Of a stretch of 64,000 nt of DNA, positions 25,497-37,554 are shown piece after piece. Source of the DNA: Mytilus trossulus (taxonomy: Eukaryota); NCBI RefSeq assembly GCF_036588685.1, contig NC_086380.1, positions 19,096,001 to 19,160,000 of the forward strand. The letters are read 5' to 3'. The first letter of the stretch is position 1, and each line of letters begins with the position of its first letter. A program made the position numbers and the translations under genes. The notes under the pieces were generated by a model, which searched no databases, was not told the DNA's origin, and worked only from the letters and a program-made list of their open reading frames with translations.

Positions 25497-25858
25497 GTTT
25501 TATATCACGTGATTAGAAAGAAAATGAAGTGTTGTTACTCTCTCAACAAAAATATGGATTTCGGTTAGTTATACAGGAGATTTTGGAGTAAGATTTCAAC
25601 AACTGTAAATATTATACTTTTTGAACTTATTGTCTAAATTTCGGAGATCTTGAACCCATATTAGAAGTTTTTGATAACAACGAAACTATTATTTTCACTG
25701 AGACCTGTCCTGTATACCCTGGGGGATAAACAGTGTATATATTGAAAACTGTTCATTAAACATTGAATGAAAGTGGACTTTGGACTATAGTAAAATCAGC
25801 TGTTTTATAGTAAATTTGACCTATTCACCTATAAGGACAACCAATCATATCAAAAAGA

Positions 25859-26875
25859 ATGTCGATGAGCGATACGTCGAGGTTGATTAAAGAGAGCCGA
25901 AGAATAGTTGACGCTTCCAATGATGTAAATCTGAACTCCGGCACATTGCTTAACATGATTTTGGAAATAGTTACGGGTATCGACTCTACAATGAGACGAA
26001 TGGAAACAAGTATGGAGAAGCGCCTTGATGATTTGAAACAAGATTTCTTAACGGTGTCAGCTAGGGTTAGAACATTAGAAAACCAGGCGAGCGATTTCAA
26101 CAAAAAGCTGTCAGACTGCGAGACTAGCTGCCAAGGTGTTAGCAATCTTTTCGATCAGGTATCTGGACAAGTAAAAACTAACAGACGTAATATAAACAAT
26201 CATGATACGAGAATTAAGAAACTTGAAGACAACACCATCGTCCGACCGGGTGTTCCATCAGTCATCAATTCAAAGGAAATTGAGTCCTTAAAGTCAGCCA
26301 TTCTTGACTTGCAATGCAGGTCAATGAAAAACAATCTGATCTTTACGGGATTGCATAGAGTTCCGGGTGAAGATACGGAAGAGCTTTTGCGATCATTTCT
26401 ATACGATGAGCTGAGGATCGACTACAGGATCGAATTCGGCAATGTCCATCGATTCCGAACAAAGGGGGACAACAGAAGAGCACCGATAGTTGCAAGATTC
26501 CTATATCACCGTGATCTTGAATATGTTTTAGCAAATGCTACCAGACTAAAAGGTAGACCATACGGAATACGGGAGCAATTTCCTCATGAAATTGAACAAA
26601 AGCGGAAGGAACTGTATCCGGTATTAAAACAGGCCAAACAGCAAAATAGACAAGCCTCTCTTGTGCGTGATAGGCTATACATAGACAACCAGCTCTACAT
26701 TCCTAACACGGTACTAGAGGACACTAGAACGGAGCATACTGGCTCTTCATCAACAAACCATGACACGAGCCCAAAAGGTTCTTATTCTAGTGATACCCCT
26801 CCTAGCAAAAGACAGCGACAGGGACCGTCTCCTGGCCCACCGCACACAGATGATTCACCAAATTCTGGCAGATAG
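25859..26875 (+). CDS. LINE ORF1 (coiled coil plus L1-like RRM/CTD)
   Basis: 338 aa; DLQCRSMKNNLIFTG, VHRF, PIVARF, IREQFP motifs. Confidence 0.9.
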   Translation: MSMSDTSRLIKESRRIVDASNDVNLNSGTLLNMILEIVTGIDSTMRRMETSMEKRLDDLKQDFLTVSARVRTLENQASDFNKKLSDCETSCQGVSNLFDQVSGQVKTNRRNINNHDTRIKKLEDNTIVRPGVPSVINSKEIESLKSAILDLQCRSMKNNLIFTGLHRVPGEDTEELLRSFLYDELRIDYRIEFGNVHRFRTKGDNRRAPIVARFLYHRDLEYVLANATRLKGRPYGIREQFPHEIEQKRKELYPVLKQAKQQNRQASLVRDRLYIDNQLYIPNTVLEDTRTEHTGSSSTNHDTSPKGSYSSDTPPSKRQRQGPSPGPPHTDDSPNSGR

Positions 26876-26879
26876 GGGA

Positions 26880-29800
26880 ATGGTGCAAGAGGACAACCTC
26901 AAAAGAAATCGAAAAATTATAAATATTTGTTTCTTAAATGTTTGTGGACTTAAGAAAAGACTATTGTCTCCCGATTTCATTGACATTTTGCTTGAACATG
27001 ATATCTGTATTTTTGTTGAAACGATGTTAACTGATTTAGATAATTTAAACTTACCAGACGATTATATTTATGTCACAAAAAATAGAAAAAAATTTAAAAA
27101 AGCATCAGGTGGAATAGTTGTTATTTATAGAAAGAGTTTAGAAAAAGAGTTGAATTTCTATAATACTGAGAGTCAATTTGTTTTATGGTTTAAACTTTCG
27201 AAATCAATTTTGTCACTTAATTCAGATGTAATTTTTGGTTGTGTTTATGTACCACCTGAAAACTCTAAGTATTCTACTATAGAAGCTTTTGAAGAATTGG
27301 AAAATGAATTGAATATCCTTACAAACACTGAAAATTTTTATATTGCCCTAGTTGGCGATTTTAACTCAAAAACTGGGTCTTTACCCGATTATATTATACC
27401 TGATGAGTCAGTTGTTAGTATGTTTGATTTAGATTGTGATGCTGATATATTAGATTATTTGTATGATTATGAGAATCTGACTCGAAACAAAATCACCTTA
27501 CAAAGAGTGTCTCAGTGTACATGTCGACCTAATAGGTATGGTCATAGACTGTTAGAGTTGTGCAGAAAAAATAATTTATATATTGCAAATTCAAGAGTTG
27601 GATCAGATAAAGATATTGGGGAGAAAACATGTAACGATTCAAGTGTTGTTGATTATTTAATTATTTCATCAATGCTCTTCCCTTTGATTGTTTATTTTGA
27701 AATTGCTGACTTCATACCGTTATATTCTGATTGTCATTCTTTTATAAATTTTAGACTTCAGGCCACATTTAGTAAATCAGATTCAATTGTTATCAACAAT
27801 AGAAATGATAAAACTTTTGTCAGGTGGAAAAGTGAACAGAAATCTGAATACGTTGATCGAATTCACAATGATCCCAAAGGTATTTTGACCACTGTTATGA
27901 ATAAACTGGACAAATTGTCCGTAAATAATGATGCAACTCAAAATGATATAAACAATATAGTTTTAGATATCAGCAAAAATTTTAAAGATGCGGCAGCAGA
28001 AACGTTTGGGAAAGTAAATAAACATAAACATTTTTACAAACATGAAAATTCAAAACCTTGGTTTAATAGAAAATGCTCGATGAGTAGAAACAAATTTCAT
28101 AAAGCTCGAAAGAGATATAGTTTTTTGAAAAATGCTGAAAACAGAAGTAAAATGAGACAAGCTAGTAAAGAACATAAAGTAACATTAAATAAATCTTTTG
28201 CAAACTATCAACAGAGAGCTGCTGATGAGTTGCGTAACATCTCTAAAAAGGATACAAAAGCTCTATGGAAAATCCTTAATAATCTAAATGATAGTAAAAA
28301 AAAAGATAACAATGACGATATATCTCTAAAAGCATTGTATGATCATTTTAAAATATTAAATGAAACTGTTGAGACAGAAAATGATTTCGAACAAGATTTG
28401 GAATTTGATACTCTACCAGACGATGTTGAGTTATTTTTAAACTGTCCAGTAACAGAAGATGAAATTAAAAAAGTTGTTTCAAACTTAAAAAATGGCAAAG
28501 CTTCAGGTAGTGATGAAATTTTAAATGAGTATATAAAGAATACAATTGACGATTTAATGCCAATTTATGTTAAGCTATTCAATTTGATTTTAGATACTGG
28601 AATTGTTCCAGACAGTTGGTCTAATGGAATCATGATTACTATATTTAAAAATAAAGGATCAAGATCTGATCCCGAAATGTACAGAGGAATCACTTTGAAT
28701 TCATGCTTTAGTAAAACTTTTTCTGCCATGTTGAATTACAGGTTAAATAATTATGCAGATCACGTAGACCTGATTTCAAAGGCACAAGCAGGTTTTCGTA
28801 GAGGATTCTCTACTGTTGACAATATATTTGTATTGTATTCTTTAATTACTATATATTTTTCATTTGGTAAGAAGCTATTTTGCACTTTTATAGACTTTAA
28901 AAGCGCTTTTGACACTGTATGGAGGTCAGGATTGTGGCAAAAAATGCAAAAATCAAACATTAAAGGTAAATTATTTAATGTGATCTATAATATGTATCAA
29001 AATATAAAAACATGTGTCAAGAAAGGAAATGAATTTTCCGAATTTTTTATATCTCATACAGGAGTAAAACAAGGTGAAAATCTATCACCTTTTTTATTTT
29101 CTTTGTTTCTAAATGATTTAGAAAGTTATTTTGTGGAAAATAATATAGAAAGTCTAACTAATATTTCAAAGCTGTGCTTGGAATCATTAGAAATGTATGT
29201 TAAATTGTTTATTATACTGTACGCAGATGATACTGCGCTATTGTCTGAAAGTGCAGAAGGATTACAAAAAACCCTTGTATGTTTTGAAGAATATTGTAAA
29301 AAATGGAAGCTTAAGATTAACACAAGCAAAACCAAAGCAGTGATTTTTAGTAAAAGGAAAGTAAAAAGAAATCAGAATTTTATGATATATGGTGAAAAAA
29401 TTGAAATAGTTGATTCCTACTGCTACCTTGGTGTACTTTTCAATTACAACGGTAGCTTTTGTACAGCACGAAAAAGACTTCTTGTTCAAGCACAGAAGTC
29501 TTTGTATGCTCTATACCGAAAAATAAAAAATATATGTATTCCCGTCGATTTGCAGCTAAAACTTTTTGACTCATTGGTTAGTCCTGTTTTATTATATGCT
29601 TCAGAGGTATGGGGATTTGAAAATAAAGAAAGCATTGAGAAAATACACCTTCAATTTTGCAAAAACATTTTGAAATTAAGAAGCAGTACACCAAATTATA
29701 TGGTGTATGGGGAACTCGGAAGATTCCCTTTGGAAACCATTATTAAACGTAAAATGGTGTTGTTTTGGAATAACTTGGTATCGGAAAATAACAAGTTATC

Positions 29801-30395
29801 TTCCATTATGTATAAATTAATGCTCAAATTACATTTTCAAAACCCCACAAAATTTAAATGGATTACGTACGTTAAATCCATATTTGATGAAAATGGAATT
29901 AGTTTTATTTGGCAAAATCAACTTCCATTGGATAAACTGGGATTAAAGAACATTATTTCACAAAAACTGAATGATCAATTCATCCAACATTGGTTTTCAC
30001 AAATGAATAACTCTTCAAGAGGTGCATTTTATTCATTTTATAAAGAGGAATTTCGTTTGGAAACCTATTTGATAAAGTTGAAGCTGTGTGACAGGATTTA
30101 TATGGCAAAACTCAGATGTTCAAATTTAAAAATTCCTGTAGAAACGGGAAGATGGTCCGGAATTCCAAAAAATGCACGAATTTGTCATCTTTGTGGAAAT
30201 GGAATAGGGGATGAATTTCATTATCTTTTTAAATGTCAAAAACAGGAAATAAAACTGCTTAGAAATAAATATATTCCACAATATTATACTGCAAATCCAA
30301 CGGAGTACAAATTGAAACAGCTTTTAACATTTTGTCATGTAGAACTTTACAAAAACTTAGCAATATTTTTAAAAATTCTTACACGATACTTGTGA
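26880..30395 (+). CDS. LINE ORF2: AP endonuclease, reverse transcriptase and C-terminal Zn-knuckle (ORF is open from 26760)
   Basis: NVCGL, VET, GDFN, VDY, SDCH; QAGFR, DFKSAFD, QGENLSP, YADD; ETGRW...CHLC...DEFHYLFKC. Confidence 0.95.
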   Translation: MVQEDNLKRNRKIINICFLNVCGLKKRLLSPDFIDILLEHDICIFVETMLTDLDNLNLPDDYIYVTKNRKKFKKASGGIVVIYRKSLEKELNFYNTESQFVLWFKLSKSILSLNSDVIFGCVYVPPENSKYSTIEAFEELENELNILTNTENFYIALVGDFNSKTGSLPDYIIPDESVVSMFDLDCDADILDYLYDYENLTRNKITLQRVSQCTCRPNRYGHRLLELCRKNNLYIANSRVGSDKDIGEKTCNDSSVVDYLIISSMLFPLIVYFEIADFIPLYSDCHSFINFRLQATFSKSDSIVINNRNDKTFVRWKSEQKSEYVDRIHNDPKGILTTVMNKLDKLSVNNDATQNDINNIVLDISKNFKDAAAETFGKVNKHKHFYKHENSKPWFNRKCSMSRNKFHKARKRYSFLKNAENRSKMRQASKEHKVTLNKSFANYQQRAADELRNISKKDTKALWKILNNLNDSKKKDNNDDISLKALYDHFKILNETVETENDFEQDLEFDTLPDDVELFLNCPVTEDEIKKVVSNLKNGKASGSDEILNEYIKNTIDDLMPIYVKLFNLILDTGIVPDSWSNGIMITIFKNKGSRSDPEMYRGITLNSCFSKTFSAMLNYRLNNYADHVDLISKAQAGFRRGFSTVDNIFVLYSLITIYFSFGKKLFCTFIDFKSAFDTVWRSGLWQKMQKSNIKGKLFNVIYNMYQNIKTCVKKGNEFSEFFISHTGVKQGENLSPFLFSLFLNDLESYFVENNIESLTNISKLCLESLEMYVKLFIILYADDTALLSESAEGLQKTLVCFEEYCKKWKLKINTSKTKAVIFSKRKVKRNQNFMIYGEKIEIVDSYCYLGVLFNYNGSFCTARKRLLVQAQKSLYALYRKIKNICIPVDLQLKLFDSLVSPVLLYASEVWGFENKESIEKIHLQFCKNILKLRSSTPNYMVYGELGRFPLETIIKRKMVLFWNNLVSENNKLSSIMYKLMLKLHFQNPTKFKWITYVKSIFDENGISFIWQNQLPLDKLGLKNIISQKLNDQFIQHWFSQMNNSSRGAFYSFYKEEFRLETYLIKLKLCDRIYMAKLRCSNLKIPVETGRWSGIPKNARICHLCGNGIGDEFHYLFKCQKQEIKLLRNKYIPQYYTANPTEYKLKQLLTFCHVELYKNLAIFLKILTRYL

Positions 30396-30587
30396 TTTAT
30401 GTTGGTTTTTAGTTGAAAGTTATGGTAGTTTGTAAATTGACATTTGCTATATTCTCTCATGTATGTAGCATTATTATGTTTAGTGTGAATGTATTGAGTA
30501 TAAACATGTGTATACGTGTATATATGATGTCCTCTTGTACACCTATGTGTCTGAGGTTTATTAATAAAGTATTGTCTATTGTCTATT

Positions 30588-30904
30588 GACATATCTTGCA
30601 CTCAATGGCCGGCAATGTTGTCTAAATTTTTTTGTCAGTGACAAAAAAAAAAAAAAAAAAAGAGTCACTGAGGCCAGGGCTGGACTACGTGCATATGTTA
30701 TCCCGTAAAAAATGTTGTGCAAAAACTTAAGGATTTTGCATAAATATAGTTATTACATATTGTTGATATAAAGATAGAGTGCTTGTTTTCTCAAACACTT
30801 CGAATTCAACACGGTCGTCCGCGTAAAGCATTCTCGATCATACAAAAATACCCCCCAAAATCGGGACCATTTGCCAAAATTATAAATTAATATTTAAGAG
30901 GCTG
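30588..30904 (+). repeat. Right copy of the direct repeat flanking the LINE
   Basis: Starts immediately after the microsatellite tail. Confidence 0.95.
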
Positions 30905-32912
30905 TGATATGAATCATTGAGCTAAGGTTGGAAAGTGATTTTTTTTTATTTTCATAAAAATGATGATTAATGCTCAGATGAAACAAGAATAACACATAAA
31001 TAAAGTTTTTTTTCAATTTTTATCAAATTTGATGGTTTCCATAGCAACTAAATACAATACACTTTATACGGACTAAAAATGCAATAATTTTAACAAACTA
31101 TACAACTTTTTCAGCTTTGAAAAGAACAAAAAGCTGAAGCATATGTTATCTTATAAGTTATCATTGCTTAATCATTTATTTTATAAATAAAATACCCCAA
31201 AAAATTAAGTGAACAATTATTTTTTCTGTTGCTATGGTTACATAAATCTTACAACTTTTTGATAATAATAATAAATGCGAAAAACACCATTTTTCCTATG
31301 CCAATTAAAAAAATCGCAACAGTTAATTTGAAGTTCTTTCTTATTCCCTGTTCATTTATAGTATAATAATTTATTTTAATAAAAAAAAATGGGTGGCAAA
31401 TGATTCAATTTTTTTTAGCATTGGTGAAAATTTAGAAAAAAAAAAAAAAATCTTATTTTCCAGAAAAGACTTAAAAATGCCGGTGTTTTATTATACCACG
31501 AGAATTAACATATATATAAACAACACTTAATATGTTTCACACATAATCAGATTCAAAATATCAATATTTTGAAGAAAAATGCTGCATAGCAACCAAATAA
31601 AGGCCATAGCAACCTATTTTATTATTCCTTTTTATTCAAGTTTTGAGAACAGAATATCTTTTTTATGATTAAAGATGGGTATATGATTGTTTACCAATGT
31701 CAATTATTGCTGGCTGTACCTTATTTATTAGACATTTTTTTAAAAGTGCTAAAAAGGTTAAAAAAAATCTTTGAGCGATAAAATTTAATACAAAGTAAGA
31801 AGAATTTTGAATTTTGCAACACAAAGCTAAGCCAGATCATTTATATTTCTATCATTCTAACCAAGACAACTTTGATATAGGTTAATAAATCAAATTGTAT
31901 TGACAACCTTATATGACAAATTAGAAAAGTGAAGATTTTTCAGCTAACAACAGTTGTAATAATTTACTGAAAGACAAACACATTCTCAGAATCCCATTTC
32001 TCCATTCCAGAACATAACCATTGTGAGAAACATATGTATGTTTCATGCAAGATGCAAGCCATGCTTACCCTTCCTGAGCACCATAGATGCCTAACTTTAA
32101 CTTTGAACTTAAAAAGTCAATGAACCATGTCTGAAGGTGTCTGGTCATATAGTTTTATGGATACTACAGTATATATGTAGAATCACTGGATAGTTTAGGG
32201 ATTATATATAATCACTAAAATTTTCAGGGATTATGTATAATCACTAGAAAAAACGTCAGGGATTCTACATAATAACTGAAATGAAGAAATAGCTTTATTT
32301 ATAAAGAAAATGAATAAAATTGAAATTATTTATTCTATAAAATCACATAAAAACATCATTTTAAAGTAACAAATTGTAAAATGTTAAGCACAATATATCA
32401 AAATGATAACCCATTTTTTTTTCAAAATGTGAGGCACACCTCATGTAAACTTGAAACACAATATATCAAAATAATATGCTTTACATCTGTTTTTACCACA
32501 ATATCCTCCTTTTAGAAAACCTTTTCCTGCACATATCGAATCAAATTTTAACGACATGCCTAAGTGAAATAAAGTGTTCAGTATAACATCTGAAGGTACC
32601 TCCCCCCAACAAAAGATGAGAATTTGCAACCTTGAACTGGTTAGAGCAAGAAAGATACCATGTTTTGTAGTCAGGCGAACTTCTTTTTCAGACTTTTAAA
32701 AACAATCGTCATTATGTTTTTAGGGTTTCCCTTTTCTGTTTTACCATGTGGAATCAGTGATATTGTTTGCCTTAAATTAGAGGAGAATAAAGGCTTTTTC
32801 CCCTGGAGAAGAATCCCAATTTGAAAAAAAATGGCTAAAAATTATTCTCACAAAGACAACTTTTTTTCCCAAACAGTGCAGTTTCAATAGTTACTGAGTT
32901 TTCTTGGCTTCA

Positions 32913-33471
32913 GGTGGTATGGGTGTCTTTCTCCATCTTGGATTGTAAAAAACAGAGAAACAAAGGTCCAGATTTTTCATTAAGTTAGCAAAATTTGATG
33001 CAGGAATGCAGATATATTATTTGAATTTTCATTGAGAAGAACCAATTTATCAGAATATAACTTTTTTATATTTTTTTAGCAAATGTTAATTATTTTTGGT
33101 TGTTTTTATTTTTTTTTAAATTGGCATTTTTGGTGCATTTTCTGAAGGACTCTACATGGAATTTTCCTATTTTGTATGTTAGCCAGAAAAACGTACGGTG
33201 ACCCTATCTTTTCTTTCGATATTCTCAAAAAAGTATCTGAAAGCTATCTTTTCCTGAAGTATTTTACAATTCTATCATTTTGTTTAGTTTCTAGTGTTTT
33301 TTCCCCTGTATAATCCATACAAAAGGTGTAATTTTGTCCCGTCCTGTAGCTTGAGAAAATGCGTGGTGACCTATAATTTTTATTATTTTTTTCAGCATGT
33401 ATAAATAGATACTACGTTTTGGGAAAGTATGAACAAATTCTATCATTTTTATTTTAGACTCCCATACCACC
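32913..33471. mobile_element. Kolobok-like MITE
   Basis: GGTGGTATGGGTGTCT ... AGACTCCCATACCACC|TTAA. Confidence 0.65.
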
Positions 33472-35084
33472 TTAAATGACTATATGTGCACATTTGAGGG
33501 TCTATTTATGTATCATCACTGACAAAATGAGGTCTTATTTTAAAGCAGGGACTCGTGAAAATGGGTCTGTAAATTGAAGTTTCAGTCAAATTCATGGTTT
33601 ATTTTAAATTTCCCAATTTGATGAACATGACGCATATTTTCCCAATAAAAAAGGGAAGAGGTAGTTTTGAAAAAAGCCTACAATTTCACTGGGAATTGCT
33701 ATGAGAATGTTACACCAAATGCAAGCTTCCTTTGAAATTTGTTTCTATGTATCAATCCTAAGTTCTGCCTGTATTTCCTACATTTAGATGCCTAAGTTCT
33801 CACAGTTTGCATGTCTTGTTCATTTTAACAACAACAAAAAAAACACAAATGTTCCATATTCTTCTTCACCATTTGCTTTACATGTATCACAGATAACATG
33901 CTTTGTGGATTTAAAAATAGAGCATAAATAAGCCTGTTATTTTTCTTGTTTGAATTGGTGTTGTTCATTGTTGAAGGCCATACAGTGACTTAAAAATGTT
34001 AAATTATGTGTCTTGTTGGTCTCTTGTTGACAGTTGTCTCATTGGCAATAACACCACATATTCTTTTTACCTGAATATTCATTTGACACTGGCTTTTAAT
34101 AAACAAACAATACATGTAAAGCTATTGCTATAAAGGGAATGTTGATATTACATTGTATTAATTTTGAAGTCTTAAACTTTATCTCGAAACTCTGTGTTGG
34201 TGATATCACTGTGTTTAAAATCAAAATTAGTTCATCTGGCAAGGAATTAATGAAAGAAAAAAATATAATTTGTCTATATTAATTTTTTTATCAAACAAAG
34301 GATCATTAAATTATTCATAATCCCTGAAATCATATTAGGGAATTTGTAGAATAATTATTAAAATGTTCAGTGATTATGTAAAATCACTGGTCATTTTCAG
34401 GGATTATATATAATTACTAATGATTTTAGTGATTCTACATATTCCCTGAAAAATCAGGGATTCTACATAATCCCTGATTATACAAATTCACTGTAACATA
34501 TATACATGTCAATGGTCATTCAACTACATACCAAACATGATTGACTTGACAAAATAGGTTTTCTTACAATATAATCTTATCATAAACTTAAACCATGGAA
34601 ATAATTCAGTCAGTAAGCCATTACTGAGAGTTTTTTAACATAAAATTAACATAGAATATTTATGATGTACCTTATCAAAAGACATGAATTCATAACAATG
34701 AATACATTTACACTATAAGCAAGATTTGAATTGCAGCAGATCAAGTTTACGAGCTTATTCCATCTACGCCAGTGACTTACAACCTTACGACTTTTCACAG
34801 TGCGCCAGAGGGTTGCATCCTGTTCTGCAAATCATGTTTTGCTTATTGAATGAATAATCCCCCAAAAGTTAAAGACACCAAAATAATAATGATGGAAAGA
34901 CAGAGAGGGATCTAACAATAAATGTCATCTTTTTTATCTTATAATAATACAGAAATATTTAAAAACAGGCTATTTTCTATATACCAATTGGAACTCAAAA
35001 GAGTTTAAGAAAGACAATTAAACAGAAATACCATAATTGAGCATAGACTACAAATTGAATAATATAACAAAGTTAGTGGTAAAG

Positions 35085-36010
35085 TTAGTTCCTGGCCAAC
35101 ACTTGTAACTCTTCCAATGTCTCTGCAGCTATTCCAGCTTCCATATCTTCTTCATCATAAGAATTGCATGCTGTTTTTCTCTTCTCTAAAACAAGTCTAC
35201 TAAAATATGAAGCAATCTGAGTAGCTGATAAAAATTCATCTTTGGAAAAAAAATCTTTTTCCAAGGCTGCTTTTAGCACTTCTCATTTCTAGGGAAACTT
35301 CTTCTGGGTCACACTTGTGTCCAGTTCTTTCTCCCTTTGAAAATTTTTCCTTCAAGAAAGGAATTTGTGTTGTCATGAATTTTTTTACAGTTCGTCTTTG
35401 TTTTAGACCCCATCCTTCACACAATTTGCAGGAATTTTCACGTTCTGTAGTTTCGTGGCAACAGCTAGGTAAAACAACCAATTTCTGTTCAATTTTACTA
35501 GCATATTGTATCTTAGCCTTATCAATTAAAGATGAAACCATTGGTTTTATTCTATGAGAACCAACATCCAAATGTCTGGCCAAATTACCATACTAGCTAA
35601 ACGTTGATAGACAATTTGGTTCTGAACAGGTAAACAGGTTGCTCCCAATATCATCAACCTCTTCCTCAATATCAACATCTGATTGATCTACTGCAATATT
35701 TGATGCTTCATTTCTGCATTCTTGAACTATAACACCTTGCCTGGCTGTTCTGGATGGAATTGAAGTAAGGTGGCCAACAAAAGCTTCTACGACTGTAATA
35801 TTACTGCAACTCAACAACTGCAGCTTTAGTGATGCATTGGTAAGAAACTTTCCTTCTCCTATGCCATACTGTCTGAACACCCTTATACCTGTTTGTTGGT
35901 AGGCAAAGTTGTTCAGGGTTGTAATGTTATTAATTTGAGATTTGATCTCTTTCTTGTTACAGCTCCCTGGAGGTAGTGCAACAACCACAGCTACATTTTT
36001 TAAACTGCAT
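35085..36010 (-). pseudogene. Sola3-type transposase C-terminal fragment
   Basis: LNNFAY..G.RVFRQYGIGEGK; C2H2 finger CSEPNC...HLDVGSH; GWGLK...GERTGHKCDP...QIASYFSRL; stop at 35593 and frameshift near 35240. Confidence 0.7.
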
Positions 36011-36189
36011 ACTTGAAGTACTTTCTTAAAATTAACTGTGCATTTGTATTCAGATATCGCAGATCAAATTTATTCGTTCATTGTGTAATCATACGTTTTT
36101 TGATTGAGTTAAGTCTGCCAATTGATATTTTATCTTATGTTTTTCTATGTTGTGATGTTATGCTATTGTTTCAGAAAAAGGGAGAAGGT

Positions 36190-36515
36190 TTGGATCCATT
36201 AAAACGTTTAATCCCGCTGCAAATGTTTGCACCTGTCCTAAGTCAGGAATCTGATGTACAGTAGTTGTCGTTTGTTTATGTAATATATACGTGTTTCTCG
36301 TTTCTCGTTTTGTTTATATAGATTAGACCGTTGGTTTTCCCGTTTGAATGGTTTTACACTAGTAATTTCGGGGCCCTTTATAGCTTGTTGTTCGGTGTGA
36401 GCCAAGGCTCCGTGTTGAAGGCCGTACTTTAACCTATAATGGTTTACTTTTTAAATTGTTATTTGGATGGAGAGTTGTCTCATTGGCACTCACACCACAT
36501 CTTCCTATATCTATG
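36190..36515 (+). repeat. Abundant interspersed repeat (related fragments near 12480, 15680, 33930, 37740, 38000, 38530)
   Basis: Shared ...GTTGAAGGCC...GAGAGTTGTCTCATTGGCA...ACCACATCTT end. Confidence 0.6.
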
Positions 36516-36681
36516 TAACATTTTTGATGCAACATAAAGCATTAGGACTAATTCGACTTATGGCCTAACGTCAAGCTACATTAGGCCTTTGAATACATAT
36601 ATTTTGGAATTATATAATTCATGGTTTTCTCAGATTGTTTATGAAGTCCTTATATTAATTAAATCAATTAGTTTAAACATA

Positions 36682-37019
36682 TTTATTTATAGTGGATTGG
36701 GAAACAAGTTTTGCAACTTATATTAATCCCTCTCCACTTTACGGATGCGAGTGCTGCCTTGTAGCGGCATATTAGCCTACTCTTTTTCGAAATCTACAAG
36801 GGTGTCTTTAACGTGCAAGAGATGTGGCTCTCTCTTAACACGGGTCAGCCATTTATCGTCCCCGTCCGACGGACTATCATCGTTTCCTCAAGACCATAAT
36901 CGCAAATGGTGTCAAGGGAGAGCCGAAAATTGAGTTCCTGAAATTTTCATCCCAAACGGGAATCGAACCAGGAACCTTTGTGTTAGTAGTCCGATGCACT
37001 AACCACTACACCACGGCTC
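36682..37019 (-). mobile_element. tRNA-derived SINE
   Basis: Head GAGCCGTGGTGTAGTGGTTAG (A box) ... GGTTCGATTCCC (B box), body, (TAAA)n tail. Confidence 0.8.
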
Positions 37020-37281
37020 TCAATTGGAAGTGTACTGATCTATATAGTACATGCACATGATTTATTTACGAGTCAAGTTTAAACTAGTAGCTTTCAGTAA
37101 CTGCAGGTTCTCTTGGATCGGTACTTTATGTCCCTATTTTTTTTTTTGTGTTATGTGTCGATCTTATCTATAAATTAAGCCTTTTCAACTGTTTTTTTAA
37201 TTTGTTCTTATGTAGTGTTGTTTCACTATTGTTCCGGGGAAACAGACCAAGTAGTGTTGAGTATGTTCGAAAACATATTTA

Positions 37282-37554
37282 CAGCCGATTTCATTGAGTG
37301 TGTAGCTAAAGGTAATATATTTGGCTACCATGCTTGTTAGCTAAACTATGAAGTCATTATTATGTTAGGTATACTACCCTCCTTCCGAAGTAGCCTATTC
37401 CAACAGACAGATAGATTAGTTATCTGCTGGACTAGTCTACTCTTAAAGAAGTGTAGTTTACCTGACACAACAATTACTTCACGGTTCAGCTAACAAGCAA
37501 GCTAACCAACGATATTACATGTACCATTGGCTTCACACTCAATGAAATCGGCTG
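37282..37554. mobile_element. MITE, TA-flanked (Tc1/mariner-like)
   Basis: TA|CAGCCGATTTCATTGAGTGTG ... CACACTCAATGAAATCGGCTG|TA. Confidence 0.8.

Larger units (their letters stand above)
25497..30587 (+). mobile_element. Full-length non-LTR retrotransposon (RTE-X-like LINE)
   Basis: 5' UTR, ORF1, ORF2 (APE+RT+CCHC), AATAAA and a (TATTGTC)n tail; clade assignment is tentative. Confidence 0.92.
30662..36010 (-). mobile_element. Truncated Sola3-like DNA transposon remnant (terminal region plus transposase 3' part), with nested MITEs
   Basis: Transposase C-terminus at 35085-36010; terminal region with repeated CCATAGCAAC/GTTGCTATGG motifs; boundaries uncertain. Confidence 0.5.

Noticed and set aside
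25185-30904. LTR retrotransposon interpretation of the flanking direct repeats
   Set aside because: No TG...CA ends, PBS, PPT, protease or integrase; the interior is an APE-type LINE with its own 3' tail
36945-37019. tRNA gene
   Set aside because: It is the head of a SINE; the anticodon arm does not pair
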